DNA of 64,000 nucleotides from Marsupella aquatica (taxonomy: Eukaryota > Plantae > Marchantiophyta), in NCBI GenBank assembly GCA_973895155.1, contig OZ316894.1, positions 6,222,134 through 6,286,133 of the forward strand, in the 5' to 3' direction. A program made the translations under genes and the position numbers. Below the pieces are notes generated by a model. It did not search any database, was not told where the DNA came from, and was given only the letters and a program-made list of their open reading frames with translations. Of this stretch, positions 1 to 13,799 are shown piece by piece; the first letter of the stretch is position 1, and every line of letters begins with the position of its first letter.

Positions 1-409
1 TGCCCCCCATGTCCTATACCATCAGCTGTGTGTTTTTGGGACAAAAATACTAACCATCGCTACCTAAATATGGGTGTATCCACATGCAGTAGTCCCACAA
101 CTGGACCTAGTTTTGTTAGTCATCTCATTTTAAATGTTTGTCTCCGTCCCATTTCCATGGGTCCAATAGGCTTAAGAATCCTATTTGAGAAAACCATTTG
201 GGATGGAGATCCCATCCGATCTTGTACAGGAGGACAGCTTACTCTCCACATTCCATTAAAAAAGCAGGTTCTTTTTGCCTTAATTGGGATCCATAGTGCA
301 CACTTCAAGAATGAAATTCCATTCATTTCAAGTTCCCCCCTCCTCTCTTTGACCAATTTGACTCGGCACTCATTTCTCTATAAGTGCTATTCGGGATGGC
401 TGTTCACTT

Positions 410-757
410 CATGGATTTTCTGTCACAATAATTTGAAAGGCCAGAAATTGAAGTGGTCCAAGGGACCATTTGAAAATCTAACTAGTCTCCTTGATCTGTG
501 GAGAATCTAGTGATAAACTGTTGATATGTGTAGTACTTGAGTTGTGGAGAATCTAATATATGTCCACTGGAGCTATCGAGAATCATGGATTTTCTGTCAC
601 AATAATTTGAAAGGCCAGAAATTGAAGTGGTTCAAGGGTCCATTTGAAAATCTAACTAGTTTCCTTGATCTGTGGAGAATCTAGTGATAAACTGTTGATA
701 TGTGTAGTACTTGAGCTGTGGAGAATCTAAGTTATGTCTACTCGAGCTATCAAGAAT
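410..757. repeat. Tandem duplication, two ~174-bp units
   Basis: CATGGATTTTCTGTCACAATAATTTGAAAGGCCAGAAATTGAAGTGG starts at both 410 and 584, and the following sequence is nearly identical. Confidence 0.9.
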
Positions 758-1963
758 CTACAGTTGATATGTCTATTGAAAGAAACATGAAACTGCTCAA
801 ATTTTGTGTCCAATGTGACTTAACAAGGTGCAATTTGCATTAATTTGATTTTGAATTAACTTTTGGACCCCTTTTAAATTTAGTGAACTTAGAGTTTATA
901 AATGTTTAATCTTTACTTTTCAATCACTCGATGAATTCTTTTTTTTCATGAGGGTGAGAGAAGTGAATTTGAACAATGTGCACATTCTATGTACTAAGTT
1001 CCCCTCATGGTTTTCTTTACAAAACTTATGGTTTAAATCGAGTTAGCTGTCATTACCTAGAAGCAAGTGCAAATGTGTACTATATGTGCACAACTCTCCG
1101 TACTTTCTTGGTCATAATGTGTTTTTCTTTACATGTGTACTTATGGCTTTGTGTGTTATGTCACTCACTTTTATTTAAGAGATATTATTTTTTTGGCATA
1201 TACTTTACATGCATTTATTTTTTTATCACAAATAAATTAAATGAATTACATATCACTACAAGACAAAAAAGAGGCATGTTCCAAAGAGGCATGTTCCAGG
1301 ATGAACATGCTATATCTACTGATAGACCTTTTTACTTCCTTGGCTGGAATATAAGCAAATTTTTGTCCTTATCATGTAGTCCAACCTATACAGTCAGATT
1401 AAAGTCGCCCTCTCTATTTTACCAATATGAACACATTTGGGAGAGTACAGGAAAAAGATGGGGTAAGATGGTACAAAATAGAGCCCAAGGTAGGGAAGAA
1501 TATTCCTTCAGTCTTGTAACCAAAGCGTGCTAGCAAATTCCGCGGCAGGGTCCACAAGAGGAAGATTTGTCCAGTATTCTTGTCACCAAAGTGTGCTAAC
1601 CAGGTCACAAGGAGGAGGAAGATTTGTTCAGTCTCTTGTGACCAAAGCATGTCAACAAGGTCTGCACTTTGGTCACAACAAAAGTAGGTGAATCTTCCTT
1701 CCTCTCTCCTCCTTCGCTACCACACTGAGCTATCACACTCACCCTCCCTCGGACATGCTCGACTTGATACCGTCGTCACCTGATATGTCCCTGTTTATAC
1801 TTGTATCGATCTGGCCATCATATTCTAGACTACTCTAACCCCCTACACATGTACAGAATGTAGCCAACTAGGGTTCAATGCTAGGACTTCACTTTGTCAT
1901 CAATGAGCTATATCAAACCTGCTATACTCTCCGAATCCTAATTTAATGCAAACCAAGATACCT

Positions 1964-2103
1964 AGAGAGGCATGACTTGTGGTAGTTTACTTGAGTAGAG
2001 ACCGATAGGTCTTGGGTTCAACTATTGTGTTTGACTCTTCCCTTTCAGTGGGGTTTCACAGATTTCTCTTTAAAAAATCAATTTAAAAATAAAAATAAAA
2101 AAG
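1964..2103 (+). mobile_element. Short SINE-like repeat, copy 1
   Basis: AGAGAGGCATGACTTGTGGTAGTTTACTTGAGT...TTCCCTTTCAGTGGGGTTTCACAG plus an A-rich tail. Homologous to 62941-63064. Contains a GGTTCAACT B-box-like motif. Confidence 0.5.
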
Positions 2104-2143
2104 AAGATGAATGGATTTGAGGCCTGAAAAGAATTGAGGGCAA

Positions 2144-2780
2144 TCTATCTATCTATATTCTATAAGAATAAAATGACAATCAAAAGTTACTCCCCGGCCC
2201 CCTAGAGTGGACCTCTACTATAGAGAGAGTCACAAAACCCAACTTGAGGGTACAGGCAGAAAGGAGACACAGATGGGGCCAGGAGGAAACAGGAATACTA
2301 AATGGACACGTTTTTTGGCAAGGTTATCTAAGCTCTAGGAATATTAAGTTCACCCATATGTACTCTCAGAGAATGTTGTACACTATAATCATCCGAAAAG
2401 ATATTGCAATATTGTCTCAAAGCATAGACAGACATGCGGTGGAGTATAACGTGGCGCACAATGGAGTACACTGGGAAATGCACAGGGACCATGCAATTAG
2501 ACACTACATAAGAACTATATGTACAAAACCTATATTGGCGGACCATGCATGAGACACTACATAAGAACTATATGTACTAAACCTATATTGGGGGACCATG
2601 CAATGACACACTACATAAGAACTATATGTAGGAAACCAGGTACGAAACCTATAGTGGTGGTCTTGTTTGTAACAAAAAAATTCTAGGGGCCCTAGTTTGT
2701 CACAAAAGTTTTACAGGAGCCTATCAAGTAAATTTGTTTGCCAAGTGTCCCATCAAGCATATATCTCCTACTCACACTAG
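2144..2780 (+). mobile_element. Possible non-autonomous Helitron-like element containing three ~53-bp tandem units
   Basis: A|TCTATCTATC start and CTAG|T end. Repeat GACCATGCA..ACACTACATAAGAACTATATGTA at ~2487, 2541 and 2594. No clear 3' hairpin was seen. Confidence 0.3.
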
Positions 2781-3929
2781 TAACAAAGATAGCGAGCCCA
2801 ACCACGGTATATGTAAGTAACCACATGCAATAACATAGAAAAGGTCTGCAATTCTATGAGTAATATTTATTTATTTTTCTCAGCATATTTTACATTTCAT
2901 GGCTACACCCAGGTACCACGGTAGACACAAAACCGCCGACCAGGCCCACTCAGTATCCTGTATCCACTTCGGATATAGTACACATCATTGAATTCATACC
3001 CAAAACGCGCTGTCCCTCGTTTATTTATCCCCAAACACGACATGACGCGTCTGCTGCAATTCCAAACTGTCACCGACAGTTTGGGCGGGCCCACGGACCA
3101 ACTAAACACTGACCCCTCCGGATAACGTGCACATCGTTCAATTGAAGCCCCAAACACGCATCGACCCGTCCATTCTTCTCCAGACACGATTCAGCTGGTC
3201 TGCTGCAACTCCAAACTCGCTTCAACAGTTTGGGTGGAGATCTGGACCAATGAAACATCGACGCTCAGGATCAAGTGGAAATCATCACATTCATGCACCA
3301 AACAGACACGGTCGTGTCTCCCTCTCCTCAAACAATTCCTGCCATGTCTCGTTTTCCCCAAACATGTTTTTTTCGTGTCTGCTTATCGAGAAAAACGACG
3401 AAAGTAGCCTGCCGTGTGAACAGTTTGGGCTCTGGACCAGGTGATTGTCGCCAGCTCGAGTACTGTAGATCTCTCCGCCGTTAGCCCGTTAGCCTTTACC
3501 CCTCTGCAAATGAAAGAGTCAGTTTTCTGCCACTTCAGCTGGTCGTCGTGTCACTTAAAAGTCAGCTGATCGAGATCGAGGGACTGAGGGGGAGAGGGGG
3601 AGAGAGGGGCCAGAGGGAGAGAGAGATATAATATCAGCAAATCGAGGGAGTGACGGAGCACTTAGCAGGATCGAGAGTGGCAGTGATGCATTCTGGTGGA
3701 TCGAGCTGGACAGACCTGTAGTTTGTTTTGGGCGGATCGAGAGTGGCAGTCAATTCGATAGTGGACTTTGGCGGATCGAGGAGTGACGCAGCGTTCTGCT
3801 GGATCGGGAGAGAGAGAGAGAGAGAGTTAGTAAAGCATCGAGAGAGGGAGTCGATTTTGGAGGATTGGATTGGGAGGGAGCTGGCCGCAAATAGAGGAAG
3901 AAGGAAGGAAGGAAGGAAGGACGGTGGCT

Positions 3930-6900
3930 ATGAGTCAAGCGCAAGCGAAGATGAGTTCCAAAGGTTCCAAAAGTTCCAAAAGTCCCGACTCGTTTAGCAT
4001 TCTCGGGTGCTTCAAGAGGACGTTCAAGTCGGGGCAGCTTGTTGCGCCTCCGGGTGTGGAGGAGGTCTTCCGCAAGTATGCGGAGAACGATGTCATTGTC
4101 CCCGCGAAGTTTAAAGAGTTTCTGAACGCAGAGCAAGGTGAAACCGAGGTTACCTTGGAGGATGCCGAGAAGATCATCAATGACCAGATGGCTCACGAGA
4201 AGACGATATTGACGAAAGCGAAGCACTCCTTCACGTTGGATGCATTCCTTCAGTACCTTCTCGACCCGGTTGTCAACATTGCTTACTTAAACAAGGTGAG
4301 ACGAAACTAGACGCGTCAATTTGTCCGTTTCTCATGTCCCGAGTAAGGCATGAATTAGAGTGGAGCCAATCCAGTACTTCACGGTGAATTCTAGCCCACT
4401 ATTGTGGCTGCGGTAGTCGGCAGATCGGTGTAGATTGACTTGTGTGTTCCAACAATGCGTGATTCTATAAAGCTGTCAAGAGTGTATATGGCGGATGTTT
4501 AGAGGTACAATCTGGGGCGTCCCAGATGACAGCTTCCATTCGATTGAAGTTGCTTTAATTGCAATGTCGGAATAGTTCTGCAGAGACGAGTGATAGCCGC
4601 CGAGCCTAATTGGAAGAACAGGTTGAATGTTTTGCTCCTTTCAATGCTGTATTTGTTAACCCTCCTAACAGACAGTACTTTCTCTGCAATTCCACAGCTG
4701 CATCAAGACATGACTTTGCCGGCGTCTCATTATTACGTCTACACTGGTCACAATTCGTACTTGACTGGTAATCAGCTAAGTAGTGACTGCAGCGACAAAC
4801 CTATCATTGACGCCCTGAAGAGAGGTGTTAGAGTTATCGAGCTGGACTTGTGGCCAAGCAAGAGCAATAAAAGTGAAATTAGTGTTCTCCATGGCGGGTA
4901 TTGAATTCTCAAGTTTTCAATTCTCCGTTTCTGTTCCTATGAAGGAATTTCATTTTCACTTGGAAAACATTCAGTGGCCCATTTTCTGGGGGATGGGTCT
5001 TCTAGTAGTTTTTACAGGGTGGGAATTCATGTGGTTCTCGTTATGGCAATTTCAATATTTACTGCTGTTGTTGGATTATTCCAATTCACGAGCTTCAAAA
5101 GTTAATTGATGAGCATGGCGAATGCTTCTGTGGTTTTGTTTTCAAAAACTAACTTCGTGTCAAATTCTTGAGTATGCAGGACTATGACTTCTCCGGTGCC
5201 TTTTGAGACATGCATAGTTGCTATTCGTGATAATGCATTCGTAGCCTCCCCGTACCCTGTTGTCATCACCTTTGAAGATCATCTCACACCAGCTTTGCAA
5301 GCTTCAGCAGCCAACGTAGGGCCCTGCTTGCTTTTGTATCCTGATTTTTATACCTTCATTAAGTGCATGTCACCAAAGTGACAGTTGATTTACTCCTTTT
5401 GTACACTGTAGGAGAATTTTCACGACACTGTGCTGTTTTGATGGACAGATAACGACGCGAGTGTTAGGAAACATCTTGTATATTCCTGAGGAGAATGAGA
5501 CGTTCACTGAGTTCGCTTCACCAGAATCAATGAAAGGCCGTATTTTAATCTCCACAAAGCCGCCCTCAGAGTACTTGAAGGGGAAGAAAGAGAAGGATGC
5601 GGTGGTCGAAACGGTGGGGAAGGCGGAGGGTGTTGCGGCCGAGAAGCCAAAACAAGCGAAAGCAGGTTCCAAGCCAAAGCCACCTACAACGGCAGATAAT
5701 GACTGGGGGGAAGAACTTGAGGCCTATGGTGCCTCTGGACAAGCTGATCTGTCCGCAGAACAATCTGATGAAGAGGTGGACGACGAAGGTCAGATAGATC
5801 ACGTTTCTCATCCCGAGTATAAGAGGATTATTGCTATACGTGCTGGAAAACCCAAAGGCGGTACACTGATTGATGCTTTGAAAGTTGATGAATTCGTGAA
5901 GCGCGTGAGCCTCAGTGAGCCTCAGTTGGAGAAGGTGGCCGAGAAAAAACCATCTGCGTTGATTGAGTGAGTATGCACTCTTGAGTTCACGGTGCAAACC
6001 ACATCATTCGTTAGAGCAAATTTCTGGTGTTTCCCGGAAGCCCCAAATCGTTTGGTTAACGAAACGTATGCGATATTTTCTTATTTAGCGTTTTCTTTTT
6101 GGGTGAGTTTCCTTTGTCGTCCAGTTTCCGAGCTGCAAACTATCTCCTCACTGCTGGTCTCTTACCTGTTTATTTAATTTCACGTTCGCAGGTTCACAGA
6201 GCGAAATTTGTTGAGAATCTATCCATATGGGCTTCGATTCAATTCTTCTAACTACAACCCACTTATAGCCTGGTCTCATGGAGCACAGATGGTTGCCTTC
6301 AATATGCAGGTATCGCCTCGTATGTACCTATGCTCTGCAATTCTCATAAATGTTCCGCTTGAAATTGCTGGTTGAGGTGTAGAGGCTAATGCTTGATTTT
6401 AAATGGCTCAAAAAGCAGGTAGCATACATAGCACACTTTTAGAATGGACAATGGGCGAGCAATTGCGGGAGCCAATATAGGGACAATCATCAAGCCTGTA
6501 GTTAGCGTGGACGGTGGATGTTTTTCTTTATGATCACTTTCCAAGACTTACCGAAGCCACATTCGTTGTACCATGGAAAATCGATTAAAATCTAGTATAA
6601 TGAAGCAGGAGAAATTTGTTGAGAAATCTCGATCTAAAGGCGGATGTAGTGCATCAATGGTAGAATTGACTTCTGAAAGCTTGTGGGGATGTACGAAATG
6701 GTTGCTACTGCTGTCACTGTGCGAGGTTTTCTCTAAATTCCACATTTCATTTCGAAAGAGTTCTGAGGGCTTACGTGCAGAATGGGTTAACTTGCCTCAC
6801 TGCAGGGGTATGGTCGACCACTGTGGTTGGTCCATGGCTTCTTTCGAGCAAATGGAGGCAGTGGATATGTCAAGAAACCAGATTTCCTTTTTCCGTCTGC

Positions 6901-7769
6901 GAATAAAATTAAGTTTGCTCCTTTGACGAAGGAGCTGCCACCCAAAATGAGATTGCGGGTACTCGTTTTGATCACTGTCATTTTCAAATTTCTGGTCAGG
7001 ATGTTGCTGCTTTTCTGTATCTAATTAATGAAGACTCGTGATTTTTCGGAAAATTCTGTTTCATGAGTACAATTGTCTTATATTCGGAGTCATCCAATTA
7101 CCCAGGTAAAAGTGATAATGGGCCTTGGCTGGTTGGAGAAGTTTGGCAAACATTTCTTCGACACCTATTCTCCACCTGACTTCTACACCAGGGTAAGAGA
7201 CTACTAGCCGGGAATTCTAAGCTTAGCGTATGCTATTACAGATACTGACGTGGTTATAGTAAGTATCGGGTGGACTCGTTGTGTTTAATGGTTGAAGTAG
7301 CTGATGGCTTCAAATGGCTTTGGTTGGTCAAATTTCGAGCTGTCTCTGCACGCTTCAGCTGGAGAAGGCAAAGATGTTCTTCCTCTTTTTTTCAAGTGTA
7401 TGCATTGGATAGTTCCTGACGTCTGATCTTTTATATGGAATTTTGGAATGATTGCGTGTTTTATAGGTTGGAATAGCGGGAGTTCCGGCTGACGCAATCA
7501 TGAAGAAGACGGACGCTATTGAAGATGAATGGATTCCGAAGTGGGAGAAGGAGTTCGAGTTCCCTATCAGGGTGCCGGAGCTGGCCTTGTTGCGGGTGGA
7601 AGTGCACGAGTATGACATGACGGAGAAAGATGACTTCGGTGGCCAAACCTGCCTGCCTGTTTCGGAGATCAAACCTGGATATCGTTGTATCCCTCTTATG
7701 GACAAGAAGGGCCGTGTATTGGAAGGCGTCCGGTTACTTTTGCAATTCACCATTCTCCCACCCTCGTAA
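3930..7769 (+). CDS. PLC: Phosphoinositide-specific phospholipase C (EF-hand-like, X, Y and C2 domains), 8 exons
   Basis: Exons with GT-AG boundaries and consistent phase: 3930-4295, 4698-4897, 5180-5315, 5449-5966, 6192-6309, 6806-6958, 7106-7192, 7467-7769. Motifs: [83 protein letters not shown], and C2 [21 protein letters not shown]. Confidence 0.97.
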
Positions 7770-8904
7770 GAATTGTTCCCCTGACAATTAAGCTGGGACT
7801 ACATATTGTAGAAGCAAGGGTTTACAGCCTGCTTGTCAAAACTGCCTACCAGCGCGGTTCAATCGTGGCAAGAACGGTTGGCTGGTGGAGCGCCTGTAAG
7901 TAGAGCATAGATTTCAGCAGCAGAAAGTTCTAGACGAGCTTAAACACTCAATGAACGTGTAAGTGGAGCATAGATATCAGCAGCAGGAACAACTAGTAGA
8001 GCTTAAATCCTCAATGGAACTGGTCTTCGACGAGGAAAGAGTTAGTTCCGAGATCCGCAAGTTTTACAGCTGGTTATTAGTGGTGATGGGGTTGGACTCG
8101 ATTGGGTGGGTGCTGGGGCATGCCCATGTTCCTCGGTTACTGGATTGAAACCAGCCATGAGGTTCTCTCTTCCATCCAAGCGACCTTTATCATGAACTCA
8201 GCAAATACACCTTAAGGCTGCAGTCTGAACGGACAGACGAATTGTGAGAAAGGAAACTTGTAGGAATGTACTCTTAAATTGACAAGGACACATCACAACG
8301 GTGAGCGTCTTCCATACATGGGGACGGTTAGTCGACTTCTATTGATTCCTCTCCGCGGAGTTGATGTCTGTCTAATTCGGCTTTGAGCCCTGTACTGTAC
8401 CTGGGGTCTCTGTAACTGCACATCAAAATATGACATATACTATGTACGACACCCCTGCATACAGTGATAATACTAGTTTTTTCCTTTCAATCAATGAATG
8501 CAGTCACATTTTGAATCACCAGCAGGGCTGTACCTGGGGGCTGTCCACTCAATAAAGTGGTTCGGTTCATGTTCCTGCTTCCAATGTAGAATGACGAGGT
8601 AACGGCCATGTGAAAAACTTCGACGCACAAGGTCGATTCCAGAGAGCAATCCACTTCATTTACTGCATCAACTCGTGGCTGTGCACTCCTCCATTGAGTG
8701 GCACTGCAGTTACTTATGACCAAAGTCATCGTTCTGAACTGTATGGCTTATTTTAGCGAAAACTATTGATCTCGCTTCCCGAGTGACAGGAGAAACGAAA
8801 TAGCTTCAGATTTGTGCTTCACGCCAATGACACATTTAAGTACCCCACTAATGGCGGTTGTGTAGGAAATGAACCACACTCAAACTGATGAGGGATGCAG
8901 GCAT

Positions 8905-9125
8905 GAAGGGCTTGTAGAGCACTATGTTGTACAAGGGAGGTCCTTGGTTCAACTCCTAGCCTGTCCATGCTATTGACAATTCCACCAGGTCCTTGGTTCA
9001 ACTCCTAGCTGGTCCATGCTATTGACAATTCCAACAGGTTTGGCCATGCTATTGACAATTCCAACAGGTCCTTGGTTCAACTCCTAGCTGGTCCATGCTA
9101 TTGACAATTCCAACAGGTTTGGCCG
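8905..9125 (+). repeat. Tandemly amplified tRNA-3'-half-like minisatellite (48-bp and 25-bp units)
   Basis: GGTCCTTGGTTCAACTCCTAGC..TCCATGCTATTGACAATTCCA occurs three times, plus shorter CCATGCTATTGACAATTCCAACAGG units. Confidence 0.75.
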
Positions 9126-9545
9126 TTGGACATGTTTTCTTCTGTGCTCTATGTCACTCTAAGCAGGATAGTAAAGATAATAGTGCTTTTGCTTGTCTAA
9201 CCAACTTGCTAAACACACAAACTGTCCTCAGTGCCGGTTTATCCCTTATTAGGCCCACTTACTCTTCCTTGTCTACTTCTGTCCTAGTTTGTGTACCATA
9301 TAATCTAGATCAGTCACAATGCTCCATTAGGGCGTGTCATCGCATAGCCAAAGCTTTGAAATGATGGATGATGGTATTCGGCCGTAAAGTAATGGTCATA
9401 ACTTTTTCACAAGGTTCTGTAAAAGTTTTTTTTTTAAATTGTCACCAGCCTCTACAGTGATGGTAATGGCATAAGACCAAGATTCCTCATGACAAAAAAT
9501 TATGGACTATGAATTTCATAAGCCGTAAATTTTTGTGTTAGTAAC

Positions 9546-9772
9546 CCATAACTAGGGAGTTAAGGTCCACCAAACTGTCAGCTTGAGACCCTTTATTAAG
9601 GGGGTGTCATAGCACTGCCTGAACCAAGGTCTAAATCAAGGTCTTATGGCTTTTTGTGTTCATAACCTGTAACTAAGGAGTTAAGGTCAATCAAACTGTC
9701 AGCTTGAGACCCTTTATTAAGGGAGTGGCATAGCACTGCCTGAACCAAGGTCTAAATAAAGGTCTTATGGCT
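9546..9772. repeat. Tandem duplication, two ~120-bp units
   Basis: AACTA.GGAGTTAAGGTC..CAAACTGTCAGCTTGAGACCCTTTATTAAGGG...CATAGCACTGCCTGAACCAAGGTCTAAAT occurs twice. Confidence 0.85.
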
Positions 9773-12700
9773 CCATTAAAGCGAGTCATAGCACTGCATT
9801 ATGGCTTAAAGTTTTTGGACTTACCATCCTTATGGGGAATGTATTCAAGTAGCAAGGTGGCCAAAAAGACATGTTGTGTCCTGGCCTGTCACTTAGTCAG
9901 GGCCCTCCTTTGACACTCCCTATTAATTTGTCTCTCGATCACTTTCTCTTTGCTGCGCCTCTTTTCCCTTTGTCACACTGCCTTGTTTTTCCCGAGTTAC
10001 TTATGTCCCCAGTTCACTGTTCAAATATCTTAGTCAGGTAGATAATTTTATCAACATATTGTCATAGCTCGATTAGCTCCTTTATGACTAAGATCCTGTG
10101 CTACACTTAGATGAGAGTTCTTAGGTGTGAGTGGCCAGAACTACATGAGCTCTTCCATACCTTAGGGCTGTCTTGCGTGTGCAAGGTCTTCAAAAAATTG
10201 ACACTTACATGACCATGATTGTTGGTAGCTAGGACCTGTGACCTGCTCACACACTCTCATGTCCTTCTTTGTTGTTTCTTGCTCTTGATTCTATGGGGCA
10301 ATAAGCAGGAAATTTTGCAGTGTTGTAGTGGCAGGTTTTGTCTCATTATCAATTCAAAGGTCAGGACCCCCCATGTCGTGACCAGACTAGTTATGACAGG
10401 CTTGACCACCAAAGTGCTCTAATATAACGTGAGTCTTATTAATGTGACACCACATGACTTTACAGTCATGTATGAGTCTCCATAAGACATTGGAGCATAT
10501 TAAAATATATGTTTTATTGAATAGTGGATAGTCATAGTCATTCTTAGTCTAAGTAATGTAAATGACTTTGGTCCAACCACATCCATTGTAGTCACAAAAT
10601 TGACTTCAACATTTTCATTGTGGGCCCAACATGTGGCCCACAATGGTGACGGTCAATCATGTTGAGTGAAATGCTTTTATAACAAGGCAATGACAAATAC
10701 CTTTAATTTAGGGTCTGCATCTCGGATTAAATCCCTTTACTCCCACTCACTCTACAGCCCTCTGGCAACTTCCATTTTACCGTGGCCATATATCCGGCTG
10801 CCCCGGCCAACAACATGCAGTGTGGATATATCGGCGCGTGATTGGTTGCAATGTGAACCGTACCACATTTATGATTTTGTTGCGTAGGTCAGGGCCATAC
10901 CTCACTAAATGGCCTCATTGTGACCAAAAGGGTATAGGGTTAAATATCAATTTGTGGCATGCTCATATAAGGGTAGGTGTTGTCTTACTTCGAGTGTCAC
11001 TCAGTGTTTTGATGTAACACTATTCAATACCCAAAACACCAAACTAAAAGGGCCAAAAACAAATGGCATGCACACTTGGTCTTAGTGACCATTTAATCCT
11101 ACGTGTCTCTCAACATGCCGATCAACGGGAAGTGTGCAAGTTTACTTAGGGTCGACCCCATGTGCAGACGCAAAGGGATGAGACCTTAGGAGGACACAAA
11201 GTGTCAACTACTACCACCAGGGTTTAGGGTCTACTTTTTGCAAGGGAAACCAAGTGCCGAGCAGTCTGCTCCCAAGAATATACTTTTCCTCACTTGTTGT
11301 CGACTCTCGCACTCAGGTTTAGGGATTTGGCGCTTCTTGGAGGTAACCTTGCGGCTTTTTTGGTAACAGAGCAGGCGGTAGTTGGCATTTAGGGTCCTCA
11401 GGTTGGGGCGGAGATGTGGAGGATTGAGGCTGCTGCGCCCATACATGTTTTTCTTTCAATTGGTGCTACGATTGCTTGGTGACGGGAGGCTGTGGGATGT
11501 GTGTTGTAGCTGTTGTGATCAGTGACCTCCAGTTGGGAAGGACTTGCGAGAGCTGCGGTTGGGGAGGAGCTGCGGTCGGAGCTACAGCCGGTTGGAGGTG
11601 GTCGCAAGCTGGTAACAATTGGAGGGGTTAGTTTTCTGCAGCTCAAACCTATCCTTTTGTGCTTGTGGCCATGCTATCCTTTCTGCCAGTTCATGAGTTT
11701 GCTAGGGAGACTATGTATCAATTTTCTTCTCAGGAGGCGCTGAATGAGTTCTCTACCAGGGTTTGTCGAATTTGTTTACGGGTCCATCTAGTTGCGCCAT
11801 ACAGCTTAAACTTGTGTAAGCAACGCAAATCAGTTGCCTTATGCCTGTAGGATTGGGACCTAAATTTGTGAGAGCTGCAACATTGCAGGATTAGGGTCTG
11901 CATTTGCAACGCGATGACACTTGCAAGTTGATTCTCCACGTTCACAGAACTCCATTTTGCAACATCGCCCTTATCAATACTTTCACTAACTCTGGAATAT
12001 TATAGTCCACTTGGAATTTTGATAGTGTACTTTTGGAAAATTGAATGTTACTTTTTAGAAATTTGAAAACATAGTTTTTGAGTTTTAAATAAGGGTTCTG
12101 AACAATTCCAATTTTCTTCCGGATACTTCAGCACCAATTTTGGAAACTTCAAGTTGTGATTTGGTACAAACTTTTGAGACATAACATAAGAAAAGGGGCT
12201 TAGGTTCACACGTTGTTAACTTCATCCCAATGAGTTTTTTAATAGATAGAGACCAGCCACGAAAACCCACACGACAAGGGGGAACAAGCAGCCTCACACA
12301 CAACAAAGAACATGCACAGCATACCCCTAAAAGCCCCAAAAAGACGAGGGCCAGAGAGTCGCACAAGAGTAAAGAGTAAAAGCTCAACAACAAGAGTCAC
12401 CCTGACACCTAAGGGGCACGACGGAACAAAAGGTGCACTCAAAGCTTCAATGAAGAGTAACATATGATCATTAAAAGTGGGCGGGACCAAGTGTAACAAT
12501 CCAGAGGAGCATATAGTTTAGCAAGCAGTTTTGCAAGCTTTATCGATGCCTAGAATGATGCATACAAGAATTCTACATGTCTTGTTGTGAGGGAGGAGTA
12601 TGATAGACGGAGGACTTTGCACAAGCTGTTCATCCGCACTCGAGCGCGAGCCACTCTCCTCCACCAACACACGCAATAGGAGAAGGCATCGTGAGAACAA

Positions 12701-13799
12701 AGGGTCTCTATACTCTCTCCTCCCATCCCACACGTAGAGGGAGAAGCGTCGTGTGAAAAGAGGCTCCTCTCTGCCGAAGACCAAGTCGCTCCAGAAATAG
12801 AAGGGCAAAGAACAAGGGGATTGCAAATGAAAGAGCACCAACATCCTATTTGCATAACAAAACAACATTCCACATTTGTACACATAAAGATAAGCTTGGT
12901 ATATTCATAGGAAACATATGTGCCTAACAAAAATTCTGGTTGATGTCGGCGTAGGCATCCCTGAAATATATCAACCACCCATGCTCAGAAACACCGAAGC
13001 CTCCCAAGCGGAAAACACTAAGGCGGAAAACGCAAGCACTTTCTGTTCACACCTAAACATGATGCACGATCAACTAACAAATTCCTACGCGATGATCGCA
13101 TCCGCACAAAAAACAGCTCCAAAACACTTCCCGAGAGCTGACTCCAGAATGCCTCATTCAATTGTTCCAGGATGATGGCATCCACTCGTCGGAGTCTGCA
13201 TTATCGCTATCTAGAAATTCTTCCCTTGCCCATTCCTTCAGACTTCTCTCGGAGCTTCGTTTCTTCTTCAAAGGTCCGTAATACTCAGCCAAATGATCCC
13301 TCTTCCAACGACGCCTCATCTTCTGACATTCCTCCCGACGGATCCTCTTTTGTTGCCCCTCCGCGGCCTTTGTCGGCTTCTTCTCTTTCTCTTTCTGTTC
13401 CTCCTCCACCTCATCTGCAACAGGTGCCTGGTCGTTTGTCTTGTCATGACTAACCACAGTTTGGTTGCCAAGAGGAGGAATGGTTTCTGTTCTTGCAGCA
13501 ACTCCAGAGTCAAAACTATTGGATGGCTCCGAGCACACAGAGAAGTTGGACCGCTCCTCATTTGCATTCTCTGCCTGTAATGCTCTAGAACTCTTCTCCG
13601 CATGTAATGCCAAAGGACTCCTCACTCGTCTCCCAGGTGCCATTATGAAAGTTCAGGAAAATCACCACGATCCAAAATGGTTGTCAAACGCTCAATTTGG
13701 AAAAGGAAGATTTGATCAGAAGGAGAGAGATGTTGGAGACTGAGCCAGAAGTTCATCACAAAGCATAACTTGAAGGAGAGAAACAAGCCTCTCGAATAA

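Noticed and set aside
28-3484. ORFs upstream of PLC (e.g. 28-510, 976-1533)
   Set aside because: No recognisable motifs, non-ATG starts or atypical composition, and overlap with repeats.
8905-8970. Functional tRNA gene
   Set aside because: Only a T-arm/CCA-like part is recognisable, and no complete cloverleaf could be built.
12085-13743. Several overlapping ORFs near the Sola-like left end (e.g. 13158-13643)
   Set aside because: Possibly a further degraded accessory gene, but no motif or splice model could be supported.
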